A stretch of DNA of 53,729 bases, filler included, from Catajapyx aquilonaris (taxonomy: Eukaryota), in NCBI GenBank assembly GCA_000934665.2. It is 3 parts of 3 records of this genome, joined end to end, with 100 filler letters (N's around TTAATTAATTAA, not from the genome) between each part and the next. Parts side by side here need not be neighbours in the genome. Positions count along the whole stretch, not along the records: positions 17,914 to 35,837 come from JYFJ02006856.1; positions 35,938 to 53,729 come from JYFJ02006857.1; 1 more part is not named here. The stretch is one strand, 5' to 3'. Of this stretch, positions 23,779-36,699 are shown piece by piece. The notes beneath the pieces were generated by a model, which did not search any database, was not told where the DNA came from, and worked only from the letters and a program-made list of their open reading frames with translations. A program made the translations under genes and the position numbers. Numbering within the stretch: the first letter of the stretch is position 1; each line of letters begins with the position of its first letter.

Positions 23779-26776
23779 AAATGAGCCTACCGTATTTTTG
23801 CTAATGTGCCGCCTTAAAATATCATTGGGCAGCATTGAGCACTTGAGCAGGGCTGCGCTTTTGGTTTCCCTCCCACCAACCCACCCAGCCCTATAACCCA
23901 ATCCCCTCACCCCCCGGTCCTCATCCTAGTTGTTCAGGTTCCCCTTATCTACCTTGTCAATTTGAGCACCCTGGTCCTCCACAGTAAGATACCTCCACCT
24001 GCTCTCCTCTTTTGCTGCATGGGATCTGCCCTCAAACTTAAACAAAACTGCAGAGGAGCAGTCCAACACCACAAAAAAAACACAATAGAGGGTGGCAGTG
24101 GAGGAGTCTTGCTGCAAGAGCTTCAGTGTGAGCAAATTGGGCAAAGTGTATAGAGGGGTGGATGTGTGTATGTGACTCGGGGGGGAGTTGGGAAGGAAGA
24201 GAGAAACAGCGCAGCCCCTAGCACTTGATTTGCTCATTTGTGTAGGTACGGTATTAGAGAAATTTAAATCACTGAAGAAGAAAAAAACCAGTGGGTTTTC
24301 ACTGAAAATTTTGTCTATCCCGATAACCTGTTGTAGGCCTACACTTCAAATTTATCTGGTCTGACATCAACATTTCCTGCTTACGGCCTCCACGTCTCCT
24401 TACTAAATAAAAAAGAGACAAAAAAACATATTAAAAACTCGTTAATTCTACCTGCATGTGACATGCACATCTCTCTACGAATTAGCCCCGAGCTATAGTG
24501 GACCGAATTTATCAGCAGGAGTACAAATCAATTTACAATGTTAATTTTCGGCCATTAAGCCGTGGTCTTTAAGCAATTTTTGAAGGGGTGGTCCCTATTG
24601 CGGTATATTTGACTGTCGCTGTTCTGTAAGTAATAATTAAATTCCACTTGTGAGCACTTCTCGAACATACCCATTTTAATTTAATGGCGCCCATCACTGA
24701 TCAATAAGGATGCAAACTCTCAATTTACTCACATGTAACAGTTTAACTTTTGATAGCCCTTAACCTCACTGACACTGATGATTTCCATTTTGATATTATG
24801 ATGCAGGCTACTTACCACGATAATTATTATTGGAAGCTGTTCCTAATAATATTACACACAAAGTGAAAATCAGTTTTGACATACAGTATCCACTCTCAAA
24901 GTATTGACTTTTCCTGGATTGAGAATTTTCAATTCTTGCGCATTTGATATGGCCGCAGAAGGAACCTGACAGAATTTTAACTTTAATTTTTATTGTAATT
25001 GAAGGTAATGGGTAACATTTTGAGTCTCACATTATGTTAAAAATATTAATTTAAATGTCATTTAAAATGCGAGAATCCATGACGATTTCGCATTGTAACA
25101 ATGTATATCAGGTGTTGCCACGTTGTTCAACCAGCCTTGAATTTATTTAATGCAGCCTACAGTAAGTTTACGTGAACAATAATGTACAGTACCTGTGCTC
25201 ACATAAAATTGGCCATCATCTATCGTACATTCGTATCACTGCGCTGCCATAAAAATTAGCGGAATGAAATTCTGGCATAATCCTATAGCACCATCTGTGG
25301 TCGTTTCAAACGCAAAAAATTCAAATCCTCAACATTCAAGCTCAGGTTTTCATTCCTCGGGGAACACGTATTTAAAAACTAGCTTCCTTTTATTAACTAA
25401 TTATACTGCATTAGGAACAACATCGAATACTAAAATTATCGTGGTATATGCAACATGCCAACATAAATTCTGGATGAGATCCCGACTTCCTTCCAACAGC
25501 CTGCTTTTAGTATAGTTCATGCAATGATTTTAAAATACAATTTCAAGTTTGTAATTTTTGAGAGAAGTGGCCCTTTATTCCCACAAGATTCCCTCGTGCT
25601 CAATCGAATAAATACTGTACTGTGTAGGCTACGTCAATTCTCGCCATCAAATTAATTTGGATAAGCAAATTCTGGTTCGCGTCTGCTGTTTTCGGCCTGA
25701 TTTTCTGGTGGGGAGACAGTACCGGTACTGTACAGAACTACGACTACAAGCACACACAACTCTGCCATCACGGAAGAGACATTAAGGCATCATCACGATG
25801 CACGAATTCAAATAAAACGTAGACATAAATTGAAAAGTGTTGAATCTGGAATCTGGATGAAAATAAATTGGAAATTGATGGTTTCAGAATTCACCGAATC
25901 CGATGTCAGTGGACAATTTTAAAATATGGCGATCCTATTTCGCTTATAATTTTATTGGTAAAATAATTTAATGCTTGCGCCTAATTTGGACTTCGGGGTT
26001 TTGGAGTTTCTTTAATTTGCTTCTATTTTTAAATTGACGCAGTTATAAACGAAAAAGATTTTAACAAATCCAATTGAAGTAGTCGAATGGGGTTGGTCAG
26101 GTTGGTATAACCCTATTCGAGATAAATCCAGCTGGAAAATCCTTTCCTATAAGGATGTCGTTTCAGTTAGCTATTCTGTGTATGTATCTGATAAATGATA
26201 TACACATATCATTTATCAGAGTGATACCGGTTTAATGTAGGCCTACCGGTATATACCGGTACATTACTTGATTTATGAAAACCTACCACATAGTAACAAT
26301 GATGCGTGTCAAGCAAACCTATACAATTTAACCAAAGGTGAACAAAAAATATATAGCTGTGATAGCGATAGGACCTACAAAATATTGAGATGTCCAAAGG
26401 TCGGTCATACATGCTTCTCATCATCATCATCGCCATCAACATCACGACATTTCCCAATGAGGGGTAGTCAGCGATGAAGGGAGACGCAAGCTAACCCAAC
26501 ATATGAACTAATAATTAAAACTTGTGAAAATAAACCTATAAACAACCCGTCCCACCCCCACCCCTGCCCATCTCAGACGACAGACACTGAATATTAAATT
26601 TAAATATTACACTATGCAATACGGTACNCCCCCCCCCCCCTCGCCACCAGCCACTACTCCGGACGCCCTGGCCACTCCGACGTGTATGGCACCACCCTTG
26701 CACCTCATCGACCCCTCCAGGGACGTCCCCTCTACTCGCCGGAGCGAAGGAAGCTCAGATCTATTTACCTACATCA

Positions 26777-29700
26777 TCAATGGTAGAAATTTTCTTGGGG
26801 GATCCTCCCTTCTTTCTTAAATTCTTCAAAGAAATCTGAGGCCTCCTGGTAGCGCCATTGAAAATGTTTTAGCCATTTCAGTGCGATCTTCGCCTTCAAG
26901 CCTGTTTCCAACATAAACAAATCCACCATGTTGGAGTACCATTCTACACTACGACTGGCAGATGGTGGTTCCGTATCTCCACCGGGTGGGTGTGGTACAA
27001 AAGAGCATGAGGCTGCAGCAGCTGTAGAGAGTTCACCTGCAACATAATTAAAAATGAAATGAAATATGCTGTACTGCATTTCCCTAATTTTCACCATTTG
27101 TCTCGGATTTTTTCAAGGGTCATTCGGGGCGCCCATTTGTCCCGGATTCGGCCAAACTGTCATGGTTATAGGGCTAGTGTTGTAAAGGCCAGGGAAAAAC
27201 TGATTTTTCTGCTCTTTCGTTTTTTCCGAGGGAAATTTTGGGTTTTCTCATTTTTTTACGAAGACCCGGATTTTTAACAGAAAATTTGCATACCGGTAGA
27301 TTATTTTTCAAATATTTAACACACAAAATAATGAGATCAAAGCTCTCACAATCATAAAATATTTTTTTTTGTGATGTAAGCTATGGCAACTTGTACAAAA
27401 ATGGACAAATTAATCTTCAGTTTTGGACATCAGTATGCCTATCGTCACTAACTTACTGCTTGTGTCACCAGTTTCTTTGCTAGAATCAGATTCCACCGCA
27501 GTAAAAGTGCAACAAAGCAGGGGTTTTTTCCTGAGTTTTAACATTACGTCTCATCATGACCCATTTCTTTTTCCCATGCAATGTAATGTTGTATATGGAG
27601 TTTGACTACAACTTGTACTCTAATTATTATCCCATGCACACATTTTTCTGGTATTTATACCTTGAATATATTATGCTCTTTGATATTTCAGCCAATTCCC
27701 AAAGAGTCTGTTGGGTCATTTGCCAGTTGTAATTATCTTGCATTTTGCTGCCTTTTTCAGCATTCTAATTTAAAGAAAATAACTGCATGACAGATGTCAA
27801 TAAACTGGATGGACATAACGTTTAGATGATTTTGGATGTCTACATTTTGAGCAAGTTCACGAAAGGAACCAAGCAGCATGCAAACCAGTTAAAAATAAAT
27901 AACTAACTGGTCAGTTACATTCACCTAAGCATGTGTGAGCTCGAACAGCAAAAAAAAAAAAAAAAACGCATGCGGCGGGCCTCTTCGCTCTTCCCTGACA
28001 TAACGCCCCTCCCCCTACAAATTTCCTGGCTACCCCGCTGCACTACAGGCTACAGCTGTTCTCGCAGTCAGCAAGCAACAGATCATCCGTACTGGGGGGA
28101 AAGTAACAGAAGAGTATTACCAACTGAGACATGGATTTGGCAACCTGCCTACGTTCCTTCGTTAAGATTTTTTTTGTCAAAAGATGACTTAATAGTGTGA
28201 ATGACAATAGTGAAATTTAAAATAGTAACAAGACAGATTGGAAGCATAGATAATGAGATTGAAACATCTCAACTCTGCAATTTTTTCCCAAATTCAAACA
28301 GCCATTGGAGCTAATGTATTCAAAAGTGGAAAATTTCTGAATGTCCTTTTTGCAGCAATTTCATTATTAAATATTTATTATTTATTATTTATTATTTATT
28401 TGCCGCAGAGAACCGTTTCTTGACTACAATCATAAATTAATATATTCCACCGTTACGTTATTGTTAATATTACATTATTATCAATGAAATTATACATGTT
28501 GTACACAAATATTTGTAACGGATCGACAAAAGAAACATTGTAACTTGGGATGGTATGTAGTTGAGAGTGTCTCAGATATACTGTATATCGTATGGGTAAG
28601 TTATGTCATACTTTACAATGAACAATAATCCAAAAAATGATCCAATGTCAAAATTCACTCATATTACAGTTAGGGTCTTTTATCGTGTTTGGGTTTATAT
28701 TAATAGAACCAGATTTAGTAATAATGGATACCCCGTGATTGGCCCCTTGGGCCTCTTAGGGGATCATCTTTTAATAGACCTACTTTAATAATTTGCCTGT
28801 AATGTGATGGATTTTGACAGTGGGAGGAAACGGGAGAACCCCGAGAAAACCCACGCGAACACGGAGAGAACCCATCGAAACTCTATCCACATAAGTATCC
28901 TCCGTCCGACACGGGGATCGAACTCGGGACCTTAGAGGTGGAATGCTGCGGCGCTAACCACTCGGCCACCGTGTCGCCCGAACCAGATTTAGTATAAATA
29001 CGAGATGATTGGTTTCTCAGATTCACCAAAAGTCTCGTTAGATGCAGAGGTAAGTTAGCATAAAGTACAGTTCTTGGTATAGCAGCAATCATTCTTATGT
29101 GATCCTCAATCTTGGGGTGGATACCTCTCACTAAGAATGACTTAAGAAAGCGATGAGGTTGCCTACTGCAACATTGTACTTGGAAGGGTTATCATGTTTT
29201 GCAATGGGATTGTGCAATTAATTAACAGTCATATGCAATATTATTACATGTTCAATTCTGAATATTGGGTGCCACCTGCCAGTTCCTAGAAACTTCAATG
29301 AAAAATCATACGCATTCCAATCGCTTCCTGGGGGCCATTTAAAAGTTATTCTACAAATTGCTGATTTGCAACACACACATGAACTCATGCAATTATTTTA
29401 GCTTTAGCTTTTCCATTCCCACTCTCAGACATTGTTTCATGAAACATCTTGATAGATGAAATAAACTGTAGGGAGCTTACAGTTTACTGATCTTGTCTTT
29501 GACCTTTGTATGGAACAACTCTAAATGACAGTAGTGTGTACACAAAGCAAGATGATTGGTGATTAGAAACCTGATTGCAACTGAAGGAAACGGAGTAGGG
29601 AAGCATCACACTTACTATGTCATCATATTGCGACATATTCCAATATTATCATTCAACCAGTGCATGCATATAGTGAGTAATAAATAAAGTGGAATATTAA

Positions 29701-32700
29701 CATCACAACATTATAATGAGTCGATGGATTGTGGTTTGATTTCTGTGGGCACATCATGGGCAACAGGAAATTGGTGACAAAATCACAATTGCTGGCTAAC
29801 AGCAATGTTTTTACTTTCTATAGCTATGTACACCCAAAGAAATTGTTAGAAAACCAGTAGGGAAACAGTCACTGACCTGTTTGCACAGGGCATCCCTGAC
29901 TATTTGGGGAATCATGTCCGTTGCCACGGGAAGGGAGATCGACTCCGTCTAAGCGAAGGAGATTGGGAAACCTCTTGGTTACGGCATGAACATAAGAAGC
30001 CCCATCTTTAAACTTGTCGCAAAGAGGATTGCTATCCAAGCTGAGCTCGACCATCCGGTGGGAGAAGAGGACATTTAGTTCCCGCACATCTTGCAGGTTG
30101 TTCTGAGCCAACAGTAGGATCTTGAGCTTTGGGGCATTGATCCTGAGCTGACTGAATGGAGTCAGGTCTGTCAGTCGGTTCTCCGACAGGTCCAACGCTT
30201 CCATTTTGCGATAATTCCTTCTTATAGCAATGATTATGTGCGCAGCAACATTATGACGATTGAGTGGCACATAATTGTCGCTCACCAAAGCAGCGTCCAG
30301 ATGGAATCGTTTGAGATCCAACGAATGTGTCTTAACATCGTACCTAGTTGGAATGGAGGAGCAGAAAATTTCAGACTTGTAAATATCAGAGCATTCCTGA
30401 ACCCTAAAAATAGTATCAAAATATCACATCATACATACAAAAAATAGATTAATACGTTTACATATCTTAAAAGTTATTCACGCAATTGCATGCACAACAT
30501 TCATAAGTAGGTTACCGGTGCATTCAATTAGTTAAAAGGTTAATATTTAATATCACCTGCGACTCATGGCATTTTTTATCTTCTCCTGCAGTTCCGAGCT
30601 AAGAGCAAGGTTTGGTACTGTGGCTATGGGAATTAGACATGGTCTGACGGTCACATTAACCATCTTGCCACAACCAACAGGGATGATCCCAACGACAATA
30701 TCCGTGATCTCACTCGAAACGAGACGAGACTCGATATATAGCACGGCTTTTGAGCCCTCCCTAAACACCTCCACTGGTTGTAGGGACTGACATAGGTCAG
30801 CCTGCATGGAATTCAGTAACTGACACTGATCTTCTCCTGTCACGATGTCGATTACGATTTTGTGCCACCTAAGTCTCTGAAATAGGAAAATGGCAGCTAC
30901 ATTAGAAGTGATAGAAAATAACGGATTGAGCCATGAGAGGGGGATAAGTAACCTTGGATATGGATGCCATAGGTTGAACCAGTCAGGGCCGTTTTCTCGA
31001 ACAGTGCGTGGTTCAAATGTAAACCCGGTTCAAAGCCGGTTTAAACCCTTGACAACAGCCTAACAACAATCAAATCAGGGATTAAACTGGCTTTGAACCC
31101 GGTTTACATTTGAACCACTGTTCGAGAAAATGGCCCCCAGAGAAACAAACAAACAAAAAATCACTATTTTTGCATTAAGCGTTTTCCAATAGAATGACAC
31201 CTTATGTATTTCCTAAGAATTTACCGTATTATGTTTATATTTTGGTTGTTTGTGATTTATAAAGCTTGTTTGGATTAAAATGATCCACACGTCATTGAAT
31301 GTCATTAAAGGTATCGTATGTCAATTTCAGGTTTACATTTATTTTCTGACTGGGGTATACCTCATCGACTGCGTCTTTTGTAGAGAAATATTATCATTAT
31401 GTTTTTTCCCATTATTTTCGCTTCTTTACATCCCTTGGCTACTCCACATGGGTAACCACCCATGTTGAGAACTTCATCGTCCCAAGAGATCTTATTTGCC
31501 TCACTCAAGTCACCCAGAAACACCTCAATTTTAAATGCAGTTGACTAACAAACAAGCACTGGATTGACTGTCTTGTACAGTAATTAAAGAGTTACAAACT
31601 GATGAAACCTCACGGCAAATGCACACCTTACGCTCCTTATATGCTAGTCGTTTCATCCTCTCCAGTCGCCTTCTGCTCCATCCTTCACCTCTGCACCGGG
31701 AATATGGACCACCACCAGCACCACCAACCTTAGCCTGTGGGACCTTGAACCCCATAGCCTCCTCTCCTGGCTGATTCGCCATTGGGGCGTTTAGAGGATC
31801 TGACTGAATAGGGAAGAAATATTGCAGTTTTTATTAGATATAGGGTGTTACGATAGAAACTATAGAAACAACGTGCTTGTTGGACAATAAACTAGTCAAA
31901 TACAGCTCTTCATGTTCCAGCACTTACTCCAGAGAGTGGCAATATAATACAAATCATGGATCCTTATAAAGTAGGAGATGCTTCCCATTTCTATTTGGAT
32001 GTCTTTCTAGTGGGTGGTATTTTGGACAAATTTCCACTTTGTGGAAACATTATACGTACGAGTAATTATGCAACTATAAGAGGACTTTCCCCTTCCAAGA
32101 ATTCCTACTTACAAGTGCAAATAGAATGTGCAGAACATGTGTAAATGCAGTTAAACAGAATGCCTGACATTATTATAAAAATTCACAGAAGACTATATCA
32201 AATTATGTATAATACAATTCCGCAACCCATCACTTTTTTCCTGTAGACTGTTAGAATTAATTTGGGTAATGTCAGGTGGAAGCCTACTTGCAGTAAATGA
32301 TCAACATGCCTACTATAAGCAGACCTTGCTAGTCTCCATGTCTATCTTCTTACAGTCTAATCGCCCCCCCCCCCCCAAATTAAGCACCCAGNCAGGATGC
32401 ATTCAAACTTGGGTAAATTATTATTCCGAATAAACCTATTTTCACCCTTCACAAAATCCTCCAAAATGCGTGTCAATTTTTATTTTTAGTTATACTGCTT
32501 GCACAGCGTACATTTACGTGCATAACCACTTGTATGTATGTACTTCATTTTTGCTAATTTAAAACATAATGCTGAATTTGACGTTGTGTAGAGAAGTTCA
32601 ACTGTGGCTTTTCAAAAATGTACATTTCATTTTTGGTGCAAAATGTGCCGAAGAATGTCTATAGGTGAAGGGAAGACAAATTCCAGCTGCCAATGGCTGA

Positions 32701-33571
32701 CTGTACGATTTTAAAAGAAGTACCAATAACGTCCCTAACTCTCTCCTTCGCGGTATAGAGTAGACCGACCATTGATCAACAAGCAATTATTAAATATCTT
32801 TAAAAAGTAAGGTTTGAAAAACTTTAACCACTGGATGGGTTGGAAACAGTGACTTACTTCCATTCAATAGGAAGCTCTCTGACACTTGATTGGTTACCGG
32901 TATACCTTGCTCATATGCCCGTCTCTAGGAAAAATCTTAAATTATTATTATTGTACTGCTGTACATGTCTGTGCAACACCTTGTTTTTCCATTGCAACCA
33001 TAAAGGAAGTGTTATGTCACGATCTATTTGGATTAGAAGTAACAGATATTATTAATTTTATTCATTAATTCTACAGTAAACTTATATTGAATACATGAAG
33101 CATGAATAATAATAATTAAGCAAAAGGATTCTGACTTCAAATATTGTAACACGAGTAGATTTTGAGATAAGGGTCTGCCATATGGCAAGTGAGGAAAAAC
33201 CAGTCAACGAAAACACGTTCTTTCACTTGTAGTGACATTTTAGGCCACTTTTCTTGGTGGAATGAACTGTTTGTAATTATGATTTTGTGACGTCCAGCCG
33301 AAGGACAAATCACTCGTCACGTCCGTTGTATGGTAGGCATCAAATCCGGCCAAGTCCGACCAAGTTCTTAGCCCAAATCAGGCAAAGACCGGTCTTTGTC
33401 AGGCAAAAAAATTGAGAAGTTAATCGACTCGGTAGTTGAGAATGCAATGAACTTGAAAATACCTGACTTGGCCGGCCTGATCTGAAATAGGGCCTTATAA
33501 AAATCTTGGAGGGACAACGGTATTTAATTTTTAAATACCTGAGTGCTGATCCTCGTAGGGTCAGCCATCAT
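26777..33571 (-). CDS. Nuclear RNA export factor family protein (NXF1/TAP-like; RRM + LRR + TAP-C/UBA, NTF2-like domain not found), about 418 aa
   Basis: Minus-strand exons: 33571-33539 (MMADPTRISTQ), 31803-31627 (Arg/Gly-rich), 30876-30557 (RWHKIVI.. RRM-like, ..KIKNAMSRR), 30343-29877 (YDVKTHSLDLKRF..LDLSENRL..LKILLLAQNNL..LSLDSNPLC..Y..AVTKRFPNLLRLDGVDLP, NXF LRR and cap), 27036-26777 (MVDLFMLETGLKAKIALKWLKHFQWRYQEASDFFEEFKKEGRIPQENF, TAP-C). Total 1257 nt, in frame. The first exon and the 31627 donor are less certain. Confidence 0.85.
28721..28979 (-). mobile_element. tRNA-derived SINE with V-domain-like core (family B), in NXF intron
   Basis: Head GGGCGACACGGTGGCCGAGTGGTTAGCG..GAGTTCGATCCC; core GTTCTCTCCGTGTTCGCGTGGGTTTTCTCGGGGTTCTCCCGTTTCCTCCCAC; 15-bp TSD GAACCAGATTTAGTA (28706-28720 / 28980-28994); second copy at 51525-51789. 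Confidence 0.82.
30986..31136. mobile_element. Palindromic MITE (PIF/Harbinger-like GGGCC ends)
   Basis: TIRs GGGCCGTTTTCTCGAACAGTG.. / ..CACTGTTCGAGAAAATGGCCC, with internal inverted arms. Confidence 0.7.
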
Positions 33572-34431
33572 AGTGCCGCTTCCGCCGCTTTCCGTCAAAT
33601 CCGCGACGAGGAAACTTCTCTTTCTATACCAATTGACCGCTGCTGATTCAGTGTCTGTGAAAGCAAACGAACTGACAACACTGCTGCAGTTGCATTTGTG
33701 AATAGTGCGATGCAGTATATGTGAAGCTTTACAGTAAGATCCTGAGTAAAAGTAAATGCTCCAGTCTCAAGAAATAGGCCTATACTTGCACAAACGTTAT
33801 TGATAATTTCAACGACGTCTGTGTGAGAGAACCACAGGGTCAACAAAATCCAACTATTCTGCCGGAACTGGGCAACATCAAACTCTCAATAATAATGAAA
33901 TGAAACTTATTCAATATTCCGGCCTACCTTCATAATATGTAAAAGAAGCCGAAAATCAAAATAATAATAACTCAATGTCTCACGCTCCTTACAAATATTT
34001 AAAAATACTCCCATTACAAATTAATCAAATATTCCTTTGGCCAAACGATCCCACTTTTCCTTTTGGCTTTCCGCCCTTTATGCAAATGCATAGGCTAAAT
34101 AGAAATGCCACTAAATATCCCACCCTAAAACCCAGAATCACCATTAAAAGACTGGACGATCAACCCTGCGACTGATGGTCAACTCCAAAACATACTCTCC
34201 ACATGAACATGTCCAGGGGGGAAATCATGAAATTGGCATTACACATTATTTTCTATGAAGATTTCCTCGTTCATAATCAGAAAGGAAGCACTATTCTGTT
34301 AACAGCAAGCCAGTAAAAATCTAGCTAGCACTATGTCTTAATGACGCATTGGTATACTGATGCAATCACTTGGATTTTGATACAGTGTTCTCTAATGTAC
34401 GGCAGGCACCCGCCCCGGGTCAATCTCGTTA

Positions 34432-35023
34432 TGGTAAAACTTCTATAAGTCAAACTTCCCTAAGTCGAAGTTATCTATAAGTCGAAGAAAATGATGAGCT
34501 TGGTTGATCACAACGTAAAATAATAGGAAATAAACTTCCCTAACTCGAAGTTCTCCATAACTAGAAGTGCTGGCAGGGCCTTACGATGGGATATCAATGC
34601 ATTTTCAGTCTCCCTAAGTTCATGTTGGCGAGTACTGAAAATTTTCTAATTTCTCAGCCGAAAGGTCGAGAGTAGGCCACATATACAGAAAGGCTCAATT
34701 TCCTGATCTCCATCTACCAGACGTACCGAAAGAAGTGTTTGACTCGAATGTGACAATTGAATCTTCGAATCTAAGAGTAGGCAAATGTCCATAACGGAGT
34801 TGTTGTTTTTTTTACACCAAAACAACGAGGCACATTGTAAGTGTGATAGTGACAGTTATTTTTAAGGTTTGAACACGTTTCGTCGCTGGATATAAAGGTA
34901 GGCCTATGCTTTCGTATAGAGTTGTTATGTGCTTTAAAAAATCCAAACTTCTCTAACTCGAATCTTCTATAACTAGAATTTTTTTCCGGTCCCATGGAGA
35001 TTCGACTTATAGAAGTTTTACTG
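34432..35023. mobile_element. Tc1/pogo (Tigger-like) MITE
   Basis: TIR GTAAAACTTCTATAAGTC / GACTTATAGAAGTTTTACTG followed by TA; subterminal CTATAAGTCGAA repeats. Confidence 0.65.
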
Positions 35024-35278
35024 TAATTTATGTTGGCATACCGAAATATGCGTGGAGTAGGACGGTGTTTAATAACAATATTTGTTAAAAGATAATTAGC
35101 TAAGTTGTATGTCAACAAACTCAAATGTTAACAATATTATTGCTGTAATTGCATTTGTGTATAGTGTGATGCAGTATTGTATGTATAGGGTTGGGCATAA
35201 TGATTAACCGTATTTGAATCACGTGGTACGGTGGTGATATTTGCGTATGCGCTGGATATTGGCATGTGCTGGAGTGGG

Positions 35279-35837
35279 GAAGGTATGCCATTTGCAAAAA
35301 TTGCGCCGTGGTCATGCATTCGTCGCGGAGGATTATTTTAAAAATAATGAGTCCCCCGTAGCTGCATATACAAATGATATTTCTTCCCCTTTTTGGGCAG
35401 GGACGTCAGGACAAAGTCCTCGACCACCGGACGTTCATAAGGTGGGTGAAGCAGTTCTGGGACACAGCTTCAAGCCGGAACCAGAAAGCACTGGACGTCA
35501 AAGAACACAGAGGACCTCAACGGGTACAAGAGGTAGGGAATGCGCTACTCCGAAGTCCTCAGCGATAGGCCATTTGAAGCTCCGTAGAGGGGTCTGATGT
35601 GTCATTTTACATCCAGTGCTGTCTGATCCCGGCTTGAAGCTGTGTCCCAGAACTGCTTCACACACTTTATGAACGTCCGGTGGTCGGGGACTTTGTCCTG
35701 AGGTTCCAGCCCAAAAAGGCGAAGAAAGATAATTTGTACAGGTACGGGAGACTCATTATTTTTAAAATAATCCTCCACAACGAATGCATGGTGTTCTGTT
35801 GACCACGCGACACAATTTTTGCAAATGGCATACCTTC
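35279..35837. mobile_element. Long fold-back element truncated by gap
   Basis: Arms of about 220 bp: GAAGGTATGCCATTTGCAAAAATTG.. / ..CAATTTTTGCAAATGGCATACCTTC. Confidence 0.8.
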
Positions 35838-35937
35838 NNNNNNNNNNNNNNNNNNNNNNNNNNNNNNNNNNNNNNNNNNNNTTAATTAATTAANNNNNNN
35901 NNNNNNNNNNNNNNNNNNNNNNNNNNNNNNNNNNNNN
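35838..35937. other. Artificial assembly gap
   Basis: 100 nt of N with the TTAATTAATTAA linker. Confidence 0.95.
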
Positions 35938-36663
35938 TTGTGATTTTGGTACCCCTTCAAATAAATATTAATAACTCGATAACTAAATTTAATCTGGTAA
36001 AACTGATTGTTCCATAAGAGTTCAATTCGATGTGAGTTTCACATATATATTTTTCAAAAAAATCGATGACTATGACCTGACACCTTTTTTCACTCACTGG
36101 CTGATCTGAAATGGAACCACCCAGAACAGTAAATGTATGGTTTCGAAGATGACATTTCAGGATTTCGTGTGATTTACTCTCATTGTCCTTTGACACGTAT
36201 TAAAAATTCTATGTGCACGGAGGCAAAAATTATCAGCATGCCTTCGTATTTTGACCTTTTCGGCAAGTGTTAGAGGAGTGACACGTGGGAAAATCACCCC
36301 CTCTCCAATATTCAGTGCTTTCCTCTCGTGGAAAAGGAAGCTGAGTTACTAAAAACCGGCAGCATATTTTCGCTCCGAGGGGCCAAGAAATTTAGAAATG
36401 ATCTGTTATACCCGAGGTGAGGTTAAAATGAGTCTGTAGTTATATCAGGAGTAAAAATACACAGGGCCTTATGGAAGTATGCCGGGACCGGCCTTTCGAG
36501 TCTGTTATAACCGAGAGTCCGTTATAGTCGAAGTTGTTATATCCTGATTCAACTTATCGCTTTAGGACAGGTGTACGAGTGGCGGCAAATCAGTAGAATA
36601 TCAGCCTTGTTGCGGATATAGGCTGTACAAATATGGCTTACAAGTTAGTCTTGTGCAGCATTT

Positions 36664-36699
36664 ATTGCATAGTAACACTCTCTGATGTTGCATAGTAAC
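36664..36699. promoter_or_regulatory. Two tandem RFX X-box-like motifs upstream of the kinesin
   Basis: ATTGCATAGTAAC (36664-36676) and GTTGCATAGTAAC (36687-36699) resemble the GTTGC(C)ATRGYAAC consensus, about 1.1 kb before the first recognisable kinesin exon. Confidence 0.55.

Noticed and set aside
36539..36546. ATATCCTG as a possible AT-AC donor for the kinesin
   Set aside because: Lies in a GTTATA-repeat transposon-like end, and the preceding codons (ESVIVEVV) lack RVRP.
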